64,000 nucleotides of DNA from an uncultured Chloroflexia bacterium (GTDB taxonomy: Bacteria > Chloroflexota > Limnocylindria > Limnocylindrales > CSP1-4): assembly GCA_963746845.1 (NCBI GenBank), contig CAVVCZ010000004.1, forward strand, positions 672,001-736,000, written 5' to 3'. Numbering within the stretch: position 1 is the stretch's first letter; each line of letters starts with the position of its first letter. The notes below the pieces were generated by a model. That model did not search any database, had not been told where the DNA came from, and saw only the letters and a list, made by a program, of their open reading frames with translations. The position numbers and the translations under genes were made by a program. Below, piece after piece: positions 11,061 to 19,902 of this stretch.

Positions 11061-12398
11061 GTGACGCCCGCCGGCGGCGCGGCGGAGGCTCCTCCGACGC
11101 TCGCGACGCTCCTCGACGAGCTCGAATGGCGCGGGATGCTCCACGGCTCGACGCCGGGGCTGCCGGCCCGTCTCGCGAGCGGGCGGCCCATCGCCGGCTA
11201 CAACGGGTTCGACCCGTCGGGGCCGTCGCTCCATGTCGGCCATCTCGTGCCGATCTTCGGGCTGCTCCAGTTCCAGCGGCACGGCGGGCGGCCGGTGGCG
11301 CTGCTCGGCGGCGGGACGGGGATGATCGGCGACCCGTCGGGCCGGTCCGACGAGCGCAACCTGCTCGACCGCGAGACGCTCGCGGCGAACGTGGCGGCGA
11401 TCAGCGTGCAGCTGGAGCGGTTCCTCGACTTCAGTCCGGCCGCCGGGGACCGCGGCGCGATCCTCGTGAACAACCTCGACTGGCTCGCGGGGATCGGGCT
11501 GATCGACTGGCTTCGGGATGTCGGCAAGCACTTCACGATCCCGTACATGCTGGCCAAGGACTCGGTGACGACCCGGATGGATCGCGGCCTGTCGTTCACC
11601 GAGTTCAGCTACATGCTGATCCAGGCGACCGATTACGAGCATCTCCACCGGACGATGGGCGTCGACCTCCAGATGGGCGGGGCCGACCAGTGGGGGAACA
11701 TCACCGCGGGGCTCGAGCTGATCCGGCGCCGGGCGGGGCTGGTCGACGAGGACGGTGACCGCGGGGCGGACGAGCCGGCTCATGGGCTCGCGTACCGGCT
11801 TCTGCTGTCGCCGTCCGGCGCGAAGTTCGGCAAGACCGAGGGCGGGACATCGGTCTGGCTGGATGCCGAGCGGACCTCGCCGTACGCGTTCTACCAGTAC
11901 TGGCTGAACACGGACGACCGCGACGCCGGCACGTACCTGCGCTGGTTCACGCTGCTCGGACGCGAGGAGATCGAGGCGCTCGAGGCGGAGATGGCCACGG
12001 CCCCCGAAACGCGAGTGGCGCAGCGCGCGCTCGCGCGGGACATCACCGAACGGACCCACGGAGCGGAGGCAGCGGAGCATGCCGCAGCTGACAGTGGGGC
12101 GATCTTCGCCGAAGCCGACCCGGCCGATCCAGCGCAGCTCGCGCGTCTGTTCGGGAACGTCAATTCCTTCGAATTCACCCGCGACCAGCTTGGCCTCGGC
12201 TCGGCCGCGTTTGCGGCAGGCACGGCCATCTACCCGTCGACCTCGGAAGCCCGTCGCGCGATCCAGCAGGGCAGCCTCTGGATCAACGGTGAGCAGATCG
12301 CGTCGTTCGATGCCCCGGTTCCGCCTCCCATCGCCGGTGAGTTCGTCGTTGTCCGGACGGGAAAGCGCAAGAAGAAGATCGGTCGCATCAAGGCGTGA
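11061..12398 (+). CDS. tyrS: Tyrosine-tRNA ligase
   Basis: YNGFDPSGPSLHVGH (HIGH), GGADQWGN, KFGKT (KMSKS), C-terminal S4-like domain. Confidence 0.97.
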   Translation: MTPAGGAAEAPPTLATLLDELEWRGMLHGSTPGLPARLASGRPIAGYNGFDPSGPSLHVGHLVPIFGLLQFQRHGGRPVALLGGGTGMIGDPSGRSDERNLLDRETLAANVAAISVQLERFLDFSPAAGDRGAILVNNLDWLAGIGLIDWLRDVGKHFTIPYMLAKDSVTTRMDRGLSFTEFSYMLIQATDYEHLHRTMGVDLQMGGADQWGNITAGLELIRRRAGLVDEDGDRGADEPAHGLAYRLLLSPSGAKFGKTEGGTSVWLDAERTSPYAFYQYWLNTDDRDAGTYLRWFTLLGREEIEALEAEMATAPETRVAQRALARDITERTHGAEAAEHAAADSGAIFAEADPADPAQLARLFGNVNSFEFTRDQLGLGSAAFAAGTAIYPSTSEARRAIQQGSLWINGEQIASFDAPVPPPIAGEFVVVRTGKRKKKIGRIKA

Positions 12399-12421
12399 GC
12401 TTGTCGCCCTGATCGCGCCTC

Positions 12422-12521
12422 ATCCGAGTTGCGGATCGGATCCGAGGATGGCCCGCTCGGTGGGCTGCGCTCCGGCTCGCACTCACGCAGGCACGGCTCC
12501 AGGACGATCCGAGTTGCGGAT
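12422..12521. repeat. Two direct copies of a 15-bp self-complementary motif ATCCGAGTTGCGGAT (REP-like)
   Basis: Copies at 12422-12436 and 12507-12521 between convergent tyrS and hisIE; each has ATCCG/CGGAT arms. Confidence 0.6.
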
Positions 12522-12545
12522 GCGTCCGCGCGCGTGAGGCGCTGA

Positions 12546-13217
12546 TCAGCCAGTGTGGCGCCCGCGCAGGACGTCGATCACCGCCGACGGGGTGAGGCCC
12601 CGTTCCGCGAGCAGGACGAGGGCGTGATAGAGGAGGTCGGCCGTCTCGCCGGCCACCGCGTCACGCGTGGCCGTCCGGTCGTCGGCGACGCGTTCGGCCG
12701 CCGCGTCGTCCTTGGCCGCGATCAGGACCTCGGTGGCCTCCTCGGTGACCTTGCGCCCGGCGGCATCCACGCCGCCGTCGAGGAGGCTCGTGGTGTACGA
12801 GCCCTCGGGCCGGTCGGTCGCGCGCGAGGCGATCGTGTCCCATAGCCCCTCGAGCCAGCCGAAGCCCTGGGTCGTGGGCTCGGCCGGCGCGCCGTCCGGG
12901 TCGAAGCAGCTCCGCGTGTCGCGGTGACACGTCGGCCCGATCGGCTCGACGGCGAGCAGGATCGCGTCGGCATCGCAATCGAGGACGACGTCGCGGACCA
13001 CCAGCTCGTGGCCCGAGGACTCACCCTTCCGCCACAGCCGGTCGCGCGTGCGCGAATGGAAGTGGACGAGGCCGGTCTCGCAGGTGACCCGCCACGCCTC
13101 CTCGTCCATCCAGCCGAGCATCAGCACCCGCCCGTCCGCGACATCCTGGACGATCGCCGGGGCGAGGCCGTTCGGGCCCCACAGCGGCGTGGTGCGGTGG
13201 GTCGTCGCCCCGGTCAT
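12546..13217 (-). CDS. hisIE: Bifunctional phosphoribosyl-AMP cyclohydrolase / phosphoribosyl-ATP pyrophosphatase
   Basis: [19 protein letters not shown]...[23 protein letters not shown]; ATG at 13217 overlaps hisF stop. Confidence 0.95.
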   Translation of the reverse strand: MTGATTHRTTPLWGPNGLAPAIVQDVADGRVLMLGWMDEEAWRVTCETGLVHFHSRTRDRLWRKGESSGHELVVRDVVLDCDADAILLAVEPIGPTCHRDTRSCFDPDGAPAEPTTQGFGWLEGLWDTIASRATDRPEGSYTTSLLDGGVDAAGRKVTEEATEVLIAAKDDAAAERVADDRTATRDAVAGETADLLYHALVLLAERGLTPSAVIDVLRGRHTG

Positions 13218-14017
13218 GCCGCGGCACCCGCCGCCAGCCGGACCGGGATCCCGGCGGCGCCCATCGCCCGCTTGACGTCGGCGATCGAGTGGAGCCGCCG
13301 GTGGAAGATCGAGGCGGCGAGCACGGCGTCCACACCACCCTCGCGGATCGCGGCGACGAAGTCGGCAGGGCCCGCGGCGCCACCGGAGGCGATCACCGGC
13401 ACGTGCACGCGATCCGTGATCGCGCGCAGGAGGTCCGTGTCGAAGCCGGAGCGGGTGCCGTCGCGGTCGATCGAGGTCACGAGCAGCTCGCCCGCGCCGA
13501 GATCGACGACGCGCTCGGCCCACGCGATCGCGTCGAGGCCCGTCGGCGTCCGCCCGCCCTGGACGACGACCTCCCAGACCGCGAGGGCGTCGCCGTCCGC
13601 GCCTCCGCCCTCCGCGCGGCGGCGCGCGTCGATCGCCACGACGACCGCCTGGCGCCCGAACCGGACGGCGCAGCGCGACACGAGCGTCGGATCGGCGACC
13701 GCGGCCGTGTTCAAGGAGACCTTGTCGGCGCCGGCCCGGAGGACGTCACGCATGTCGCGGACGCTCCGGACACCACCGCCGACCGTGAGCGGGATGAACG
13801 CGCGACGCGCCGTGCGCTCGACGATGTCGAGCAGCGTTCCGCGGCCCTCGGGGGCCGCGGTGATGTCGAGGAAGACGAGCTCGTCGGCGCCCTCGGCCGC
13901 GTAGCGCTCGGCGAGCTCCGGCGGGTCGCCTTCGTCGACCAGGTCGACGAAGCGGGTGCCCTTCACGACGCGGCCGTTCGCGACATCGAGGCAGGGGATG
14001 ACGCGGCGGCGGAGCAT
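13214..14017 (-). CDS. hisF: Imidazole glycerol phosphate synthase cyclase subunit
   Basis: [44 protein letters not shown]. Confidence 0.97.
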   Translation of the reverse strand: MLRRRVIPCLDVANGRVVKGTRFVDLVDEGDPPELAERYAAEGADELVFLDITAAPEGRGTLLDIVERTARRAFIPLTVGGGVRSVRDMRDVLRAGADKVSLNTAAVADPTLVSRCAVRFGRQAVVVAIDARRRAEGGGADGDALAVWEVVVQGGRTPTGLDAIAWAERVVDLGAGELLVTSIDRDGTRSGFDTDLLRAITDRVHVPVIASGGAAGPADFVAAIREGGVDAVLAASIFHRRLHSIADVKRAMGAAGIPVRLAAGAAA

Positions 14018-14688
14018 CAGGCGCTCGCGGCGGCGGCGGGGCGGGGCAGGCCCGCCCAGCTCCCGTCCCGGACCAGCCCGACGGCGTTCGCGAGCAGCCG
14101 CAGGCCGTCCGCGCCGCTCCGCTCGGGGTGGAACTGGACTCCGAGCACGTTGTTGCGCGCCACGGCGCTCACGAACGGGGCACCGTGCGTCGTCCGCGCG
14201 AGGGTCATGTCGTCCGCGTCGGGTCCGGCCGGGACACCGGCGTACGAGTGGACGAAGTAGGCGTCCGCACCGTCCGGGATCCCCGCGAACACGGGGTGGT
14301 CGCGCGTCCGCTCGACCTGGTTCCAGCCGATGTGGGGGAGCGTCGGCGCGGCGCGGATCAGCGAGGTGCGCCCGGCGAGGACACCGAGCGTCTCGGCGCC
14401 GTCCTCGTCACTGCCCTCGAACAGGAGCTGGAGCCCGAGGCAGATCCCGAGGTACGGCCGCCCGGCGTCGATCCAGGACCGGATCGCGGTTGCGAGGCCG
14501 CGCCGCTCGAGACGGTCCATCGCCGGCGCCGCGGCACCGACGCCGGGGACGACGAGCAGGTCGGCATCCCGGATCGCCTCCGGATCCCGCGCGACGACGA
14601 CCGTGGCACCGACGGTGATCAGCGCCTGGTCGATGCTCACGAGGTTGCCGGCGCCGTAGTCGACGACCGCGACGAGCGGGCTGCTCAC
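14017..14688 (-). CDS. hisH: Imidazole glycerol phosphate synthase glutaminase subunit
   Basis: [38 protein letters not shown]; GTG start 14688. Confidence 0.96.
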   Translation of the reverse strand: MSSPLVAVVDYGAGNLVSIDQALITVGATVVVARDPEAIRDADLLVVPGVGAAAPAMDRLERRGLATAIRSWIDAGRPYLGICLGLQLLFEGSDEDGAETLGVLAGRTSLIRAAPTLPHIGWNQVERTRDHPVFAGIPDGADAYFVHSYAGVPAGPDADDMTLARTTHGAPFVSAVARNNVLGVQFHPERSGADGLRLLANAVGLVRDGSWAGLPRPAAAASA

Positions 14689-15308
14689 GTCGAGCCCTTC
14701 GTCGAGGCCACTCCCCGGCGACGCGGATCCGGGGCGACGGCGGCGCGCAGCGCCCGGCCGAGGGCCTTGAACGCGGCCTCGGCCAGGTGGTGGTCGATCC
14801 TGCCGGTTCCACGCACGTGGAGCGTGGCACCCGCGGTTCGGGCGAATGCCTCGAGAGCATGCTCGACGAGCTGGAGCGACAGCTCCCCGGCCCGCTCGCC
14901 GCGGAACGGGAGGTCGATCACGGCGTACGGCCGGCCGCCGACGTCGACGACCGCCGTCGCGATGGACTCGTCCATCGGCACGCTGGCATCGCCGAACCGC
15001 TGAATCCCCGATCGGTCGCCGAGCGCATCGGCGACCGCCGACCCGAGGACCAGTGCGACGTCCTCGACGGTGTGGTGGTCGTCGATCTCGAGGTCGCCGC
15101 GGGCCCGGATCGTGAGGTCGAACAGCCCGTGATGGGCGAACGAGCCGAGCAGGTGGTCGTAGAAGCCGACCCCCGTCCGGATGTCGGCGTCGCCGGACCC
15201 GTCGAGGTCGAGCGTGACCGTCACGTCTGTCTCTCGGGTGGTCCGGGAGACGGTGACCCGGCGGTCGGTGCGGGCGCTGACCGAGATCGTGCCGAGCGGG
15301 GTCGTCAT
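14685..15308 (-). CDS. hisB: Imidazoleglycerol-phosphate dehydratase
   Basis: RTTRET, DDHHTVED, PMDES, DHHLAEAAFKA, STKG. Confidence 0.96.
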   Translation of the reverse strand: MTTPLGTISVSARTDRRVTVSRTTRETDVTVTLDLDGSGDADIRTGVGFYDHLLGSFAHHGLFDLTIRARGDLEIDDHHTVEDVALVLGSAVADALGDRSGIQRFGDASVPMDESIATAVVDVGGRPYAVIDLPFRGERAGELSLQLVEHALEAFARTAGATLHVRGTGRIDHHLAEAAFKALGRALRAAVAPDPRRRGVASTKGST

Positions 15309-16447
15309 CGGGCGGCTCCCTCGATCTCGCGGGCGGCCGCGGCCAGGCGCGCGTTGCCCGCGCGATCACGGATCGTGAGGCGGAGGCAGTGGGCGAGCGG
15401 ATGACCCGCCGCGAACGTCCGCGGGACGAGGCCGCGCTGCAGCATCCCCGTCGCCACGGCGGCGGCGCGTTCGGCCGTTCCGAAGTCGACGAGCAGGAAG
15501 TTGGTCACGGACGGCCCGACGTTCCAGCCGGCATCGCGGAGCTCGCCCGCCAGGCGATCGCGTTCCGCGTCCACCCGCGCGACGTTCGCCGCCATCCCGC
15601 GCGGATCGGCGAGCGCCGCGGTGACGACGGACACGCTGACGGTCGAGATCGAGCCGGGTGGCCGATACGGGGCGATCCGGGCGATCGTCTCGGGCCGCGC
15701 GACCGCGAACCCGACGCGCAGACCGGCCAGCGCGTAGGCCTTGCTCGCGGTTCGGACGACGACGAGGTTCGGGTGCTCGTGGCGCAGGTCGAGAAGCGTC
15801 GAGCCGACGAACTCCGCGTACGCCTCGTCGAGGACGACGACGGCCGGCGTGCGGCCAGCGGACGCGGCGTCGGCGGCGACGCCGCCGAGGAGCTCGGCGA
15901 TCGTGCCGTCCGGCTCCGGCAGCGCCGTGGGGTTGTTCGGGCTGCACAGCCAGACGACGTCGGCGACGGCGGCCGCGGCGCGCGTCCCGGGGATGTCGAT
16001 CCGATAGCCGTCGGCCGGACCCAGGCGGGGGACGAGGACGGCCGCGGCGCCGCGCTGCTCCGTGATGACCCGATACATCGCATAGGTCGGCGCGGGGACG
16101 ACCGCACGACCGCCGGCCGGCAGGAACGCCTTGCCGATCAGGTCGAGGATCTCGTCCGCGCCCGCGCCGACGAGAAGCTCGTCGGTCCCGACCCCGTAGA
16201 CGCGGGCCGCGGTCTCGATCAGGCGGCGGTAGTCGGACGGCGGGTATTCGGACAGCGGCGCCTCGAACGCCCCGGCCGCGAGGATCTCGCTCACCAGCTC
16301 CGGCGGGGCCGGCGAGGTGTTCAGATCGAATCGGAGGATCTCGGTGATCGGAAGCCCGAACCGGGCGGCCACCTCCTCGTCGGTCGCCTCCCAGGTGTAG
16401 GTCGCGGGCTGGGTCGGGAGGTTCGTGGTCACCGGCGTCGGGCTCAT
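15305..16447 (-). CDS. hisC: Histidinol-phosphate aminotransferase
   Basis: GADE, CSPNNPT, LDEAYAEF, RTASKAYALAGLRVG; ATG at 16447. Confidence 0.93.
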   Translation of the reverse strand: MSPTPVTTNLPTQPATYTWEATDEEVAARFGLPITEILRFDLNTSPAPPELVSEILAAGAFEAPLSEYPPSDYRRLIETAARVYGVGTDELLVGAGADEILDLIGKAFLPAGGRAVVPAPTYAMYRVITEQRGAAAVLVPRLGPADGYRIDIPGTRAAAAVADVVWLCSPNNPTALPEPDGTIAELLGGVAADAASAGRTPAVVVLDEAYAEFVGSTLLDLRHEHPNLVVVRTASKAYALAGLRVGFAVARPETIARIAPYRPPGSISTVSVSVVTAALADPRGMAANVARVDAERDRLAGELRDAGWNVGPSVTNFLLVDFGTAERAAAVATGMLQRGLVPRTFAAGHPLAHCLRLTIRDRAGNARLAAAAREIEGAAR

Positions 16448-17826
16448 CGCGCCACGCCCGCGCCGAACCGCGTCTCCACGGCGTTCCGGTGGGCGGTCAG
16501 GCCTTCGACCGTCGCGAGCCGCCCGACCGTCTCGCGGATCGCGGCCAGGCCGGCCTCGTCGATCCGCTGGACCTGGGTGTAGCGCCCGAACGCCTCGACG
16601 GCGAGGGCGTCGGAGGAGCGCGCGAGGCCGCCCGTGGGAAGCACGTGGTTCGCGCCGGTGGCGTAGTCGCCGGCGGACTCCGGCGCCCATGGACCCACGA
16701 AGATCGATCCGGCGTGGCGGATCCGCCCGGCGGCCGCATCCGCGTCGCGGACGTCGATCGAGAGGTGCTCCGGTGCATAGGCGTCGACGAACGCGATCGC
16801 CGCGTCCAGGTCGGCCGCGATGGCGATCCGGCCGTGCGCGGCGAGCGCCGTGGCGAGGATCGCTCGTCGCTCGAGCCGGGGCAGGAGGGCGGCGATCTCG
16901 CGCTCGACCGCGTCGGCGAGGGCCAGGCTCGTCGTCACGAGGATCGCCGGCGAGTCCGGGCCATGCTCGGCCTGGGTGACGAGATCCGCGGCGACGATCG
17001 CCGGATCGGCGGAGTCGTCGGCCAGGACCATCCCCTCGGACGGGCCGGCCGGCAGGTCGATCCCGACGATGCCGGCCACTTCGAGCTTGGCAGCCGTCAC
17101 CCACGGGTTGCCCGGACCGACGATCCGATCCACGGGAGCGAACGCCTCGTCGGCGGTCGCCGGGTCCTCCTCCCAGCCGTGCGCGAGCGCCGCGATGGCC
17201 TGCGCACCACCGGCGGCGAGGATCGCGTCCACCTCCAGCAGGCCGGCGGCTCCCAGCAGCACCGGATGGATCGCGCCGTCCGCGTCCGCCGGCGTCGCGA
17301 CGACGATCTCGCGCACCCCGGCGGTCCGGGCGGGCACGACGGTCATGATCAGCGTCGAGGGGTACGGCGCGGATCCGCCGGGGACGTAGCAGCCGACCCG
17401 GTCGAGCGGGAGCCAGCGACGCTCGATCTCGATCCCCGGAACGACCGTCGTTCGGGTCGTCTCGGGCCGCTGGCTGGCCGCGAAGCGGGCGACGTGGTCG
17501 ATCGCCTGGTCGAGCGCGGCGCGGTCGGCGCGGTCCAGCCGGTCCCGTGCGGCGCGCAGCTCGCCAGGCTCGATGACGAGGCGGTCGTCGGCCAGACCGC
17601 CACCGAACCGGCGATTGGCGCCGCGGACGGCGCCGACGCCGCGACGCCGGACGTCGTCGACGATCGCGCGCGCGCCGTCGCGCACGGATTCATCGGGCAC
17701 GGCACCGCGGCGGCACAGCACGCGCCGCTCGGCGACGTCGGCCGGGGCCGTGGAGGCGAGGTCCATGCGCCGAAGGGCGAGGAACACCGGCGTTGCCGCC
17801 ACCGCAGTCCCGGGTTCGGCGGTCAC
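16444..17826 (-). CDS. hisD: Histidinol dehydrogenase
   Basis: GCYVPGG, GGAQAIAALA, IVGPGN, PAGPSE, QAEH, APEHL, GDYATGANHVLPT; GTG at 17826. Confidence 0.96.
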   Translation of the reverse strand: MTAEPGTAVAATPVFLALRRMDLASTAPADVAERRVLCRRGAVPDESVRDGARAIVDDVRRRGVGAVRGANRRFGGGLADDRLVIEPGELRAARDRLDRADRAALDQAIDHVARFAASQRPETTRTTVVPGIEIERRWLPLDRVGCYVPGGSAPYPSTLIMTVVPARTAGVREIVVATPADADGAIHPVLLGAAGLLEVDAILAAGGAQAIAALAHGWEEDPATADEAFAPVDRIVGPGNPWVTAAKLEVAGIVGIDLPAGPSEGMVLADDSADPAIVAADLVTQAEHGPDSPAILVTTSLALADAVEREIAALLPRLERRAILATALAAHGRIAIAADLDAAIAFVDAYAPEHLSIDVRDADAAAGRIRHAGSIFVGPWAPESAGDYATGANHVLPTGGLARSSDALAVEAFGRYTQVQRIDEAGLAAIRETVGRLATVEGLTAHRNAVETRFGAGVAR

Positions 17827-18698
17827 GGGACGATCTTCTCGATCGGCAGGACGAGGATCCCGGTCGCGCCGGCCGCCTTGAGGCGCGGCAACAGGCCCCA
17901 GACGTCGTCGGCGCCGACCACGGCGTGGATCGCGATCATCCCGGCGTGCGCCAGCGGGATCACGGACGGCGACTCGAGGCCCGGGAGGAGCGCCTCGAGC
18001 TCGGGGAGATGGCCGGCCGGCGCGTTCATCATCAGGTACTTCCGGTCGCGCGCCGCGATGACGGCGCTCAGCATCGTGTCGATCGCCGCCAGCTCGCTCG
18101 CCCGCTGGACCTGGGCCGTCGGGTTGGCGACGAGGATCGCCTCCGAGGCCAGCACGTCGGCGATTGGCCGGAGGCCGTTCATCACGAGCGTCGAGCCGGT
18201 CGAGACGAGATCGACGATCGCTTCCGCGAGGCCGAGGCGGGGGGCGACCTCGACGGCACCCGAGATGGAGATGACGTCGACGTCGAGACCGGCCCGCTCG
18301 AAGAACCGACGGGTCGTGTTCGGGTGGGCGGTGGCGACGCGAAGGCCCGCCAGGTCCTCGACCGTGCGGTAGGCGCTGTCCGCCGGCACCGCCGCCGCGA
18401 GCCGGCACTGGCCGTAGCCGAGCGATCGGAGACGCGGCAGCTCCGCACCGGTCTCGGCCAGCAGATCCTCGCCGGTGACACCGAGGTCGGCGACACCGTC
18501 CCCGACGAACTCGATCACGTCGTTCGTGCGGACGAACAGGATGTCGAGGTCGAAGTTGCGGACGCGGGCCACGAGGCTGCGCTCGTGCTCCTCGAAGACG
18601 AGCCCCGCGTCGCGGAGCAGCTCGACCGTCGGCTCGACCAGCCGGCCCTTGTTCGGGATCGCCAGCCGGAGACGCTCGCGGCCTTCGAGCGCCGTCAC
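17823..18698 (-). CDS. hisG: ATP phosphoribosyltransferase (long form)
   Basis: LAIPNKGRL, DLGVTGED, GAVEVAP, IVDLVSTGSTL..NGL, C-terminal regulatory domain. Confidence 0.96.
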   Translation of the reverse strand: MTALEGRERLRLAIPNKGRLVEPTVELLRDAGLVFEEHERSLVARVRNFDLDILFVRTNDVIEFVGDGVADLGVTGEDLLAETGAELPRLRSLGYGQCRLAAAVPADSAYRTVEDLAGLRVATAHPNTTRRFFERAGLDVDVISISGAVEVAPRLGLAEAIVDLVSTGSTLVMNGLRPIADVLASEAILVANPTAQVQRASELAAIDTMLSAVIAARDRKYLMMNAPAGHLPELEALLPGLESPSVIPLAHAGMIAIHAVVGADDVWGLLPRLKAAGATGILVLPIEKIVP

Positions 18699-19021
18699 CG
18701 CTCCGGTCCGGCGGGGTAGGGGATCCCGGTCTCGCGCGCTGCGGCGAGCCGGGCGAGGGCCTCGCGGTAGCCACCCTCACCGTGATTCAGCCACGTCGCG
18801 ATCCGGGTGATCGTCGCGGTGCTGGCGCCCGTCTCGCGCGAGATCGCCGCGTAGTGCTCGCCCTGGTCCAGACGGCGCACGACTGCCCAGCGCTGGGCCA
18901 GGTCACGCAGCTCGCCGAGCGTGCAGAGGTCGCGCAGGAAGCGGGCGGCCTCGTCCGGCGTGTCGAGGCGGAGGACCGCATCGATCAGCTCGTCGACATC
19001 CCGTGTGCGCCAGTCTTCCAT
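18695..19021 (-). CDS. YerC/YecD TrpR-like repressor, probable histidine regulator HisR
   Basis: FLRDLCT..EL..LAQRW.V...Y..I..ETGASTATITR...G.GGY signature; first gene of the his operon. Confidence 0.88.
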   Translation of the reverse strand: MEDWRTRDVDELIDAVLRLDTPDEAARFLRDLCTLGELRDLAQRWAVVRRLDQGEHYAAISRETGASTATITRIATWLNHGEGGYREALARLAAARETGIPYPAGPER

Positions 19022-19054
19022 GGTCCCGCTCGATCTCCCCGCCTGCTCTTGTAT

Positions 19055-19084
19055 TAGCGTGCTACCATGCTAGCGTGCTAGCAC
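19055..19084. promoter_or_regulatory. Putative HisR operator overlapping the divergent his promoters
   Basis: 8-bp periodic repeats TAGCGTGC-TACCATGC-TAGCGTGC-TAGCAC; covers a -10-like TACCAT (19063-19068) and the hisA GTG. Confidence 0.7.
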
Positions 19085-19902
19085 ATCAACGGTCAACCTT
19101 CGACGTGATCCCGGCGATCGACCTGCGCGGAGGCCGGGTCGTCCGTCTGCAGCAGGGCTCCTTCGATCGGGAGCGGGTCTACGGCGACGACCCGGCCGCG
19201 GTCGCTCGGGCGTTCCGAGGGGCCGGCGCGGCGTGGATCCACGTCGTCGATCTCGACGGGGCGCGAACGGGCCGTCGCGCCAACTCCGCGCAGGTCGTCG
19301 CGATCATCCAGGCCGCGACGGCGGCGGGAGAGGGATCCGCGGCGAACGTCGAGGTGGCCGGCGGTCTCCGCGACGCTGCCGCGGTTCGCACGGCGCTCGC
19401 CGCGGGAGCCTCACGGGTCGTGCTCGGAACGGCGATCCTCCAGGATCCCGGCCTGGCACACGTCCTCGTCGAGGAGCACGGACCCGACCGGATCGCCGTC
19501 GCCCTGGACGTCCGCGACGGGCAGGCCGTCGGCGATGGCTGGGTGCCGGGCGCGCCCGGCACCCCTGCCCTGGAGGCGCTCGAGGCCCTGATGGCGGCCG
19601 GGATCGTCACCTTCGTCGTCACCGCGATCGCCCGGGACGGTCTGCTCGGCGGCCCGGATCTCGCCCTGATGGACCACGTGCTCCACGCCTCGGAGGCGGC
19701 GATCATCGCGTCGGGAGGGATCGCCTCGATCGACGATCTGGTCGCCGTGCGGGACATCGGCTGCCGCGGCGCGATCGTCGGGCGGGCGATCCACGACGGC
19801 CGGATGGATCTCGGGGCCGCGATCGACGCCCTCGCGGCGACGACGGCGACGACCCCCGCTACTCCGACTGCTCGACCGCCTGACCCTTCCAGGTCCCGCT
19901 GA
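19075..19902 (+). CDS. hisA: ProFAR isomerase HisA
   Basis: VIPAIDLRGG, HVVDLDGA, VAGGLR, TAIARDG, IASGGI, AIVGRA; start probably GTG 19075. Confidence 0.93.
   Translation: MLAHQRSTFDVIPAIDLRGGRVVRLQQGSFDRERVYGDDPAAVARAFRGAGAAWIHVVDLDGARTGRRANSAQVVAIIQAATAAGEGSAANVEVAGGLRDAAAVRTALAAGASRVVLGTAILQDPGLAHVLVEEHGPDRIAVALDVRDGQAVGDGWVPGAPGTPALEALEALMAAGIVTFVVTAIARDGLLGGPDLALMDHVLHASEAAIIASGGIASIDDLVAVRDIGCRGAIVGRAIHDGRMDLGAAIDALAATTATTPATPTARPPDPSRSR

Noticed and set aside
12422-12521. Mini CRISPR array
   Set aside because: Only two 15-bp repeats with a 70-bp gap and no cas genes.
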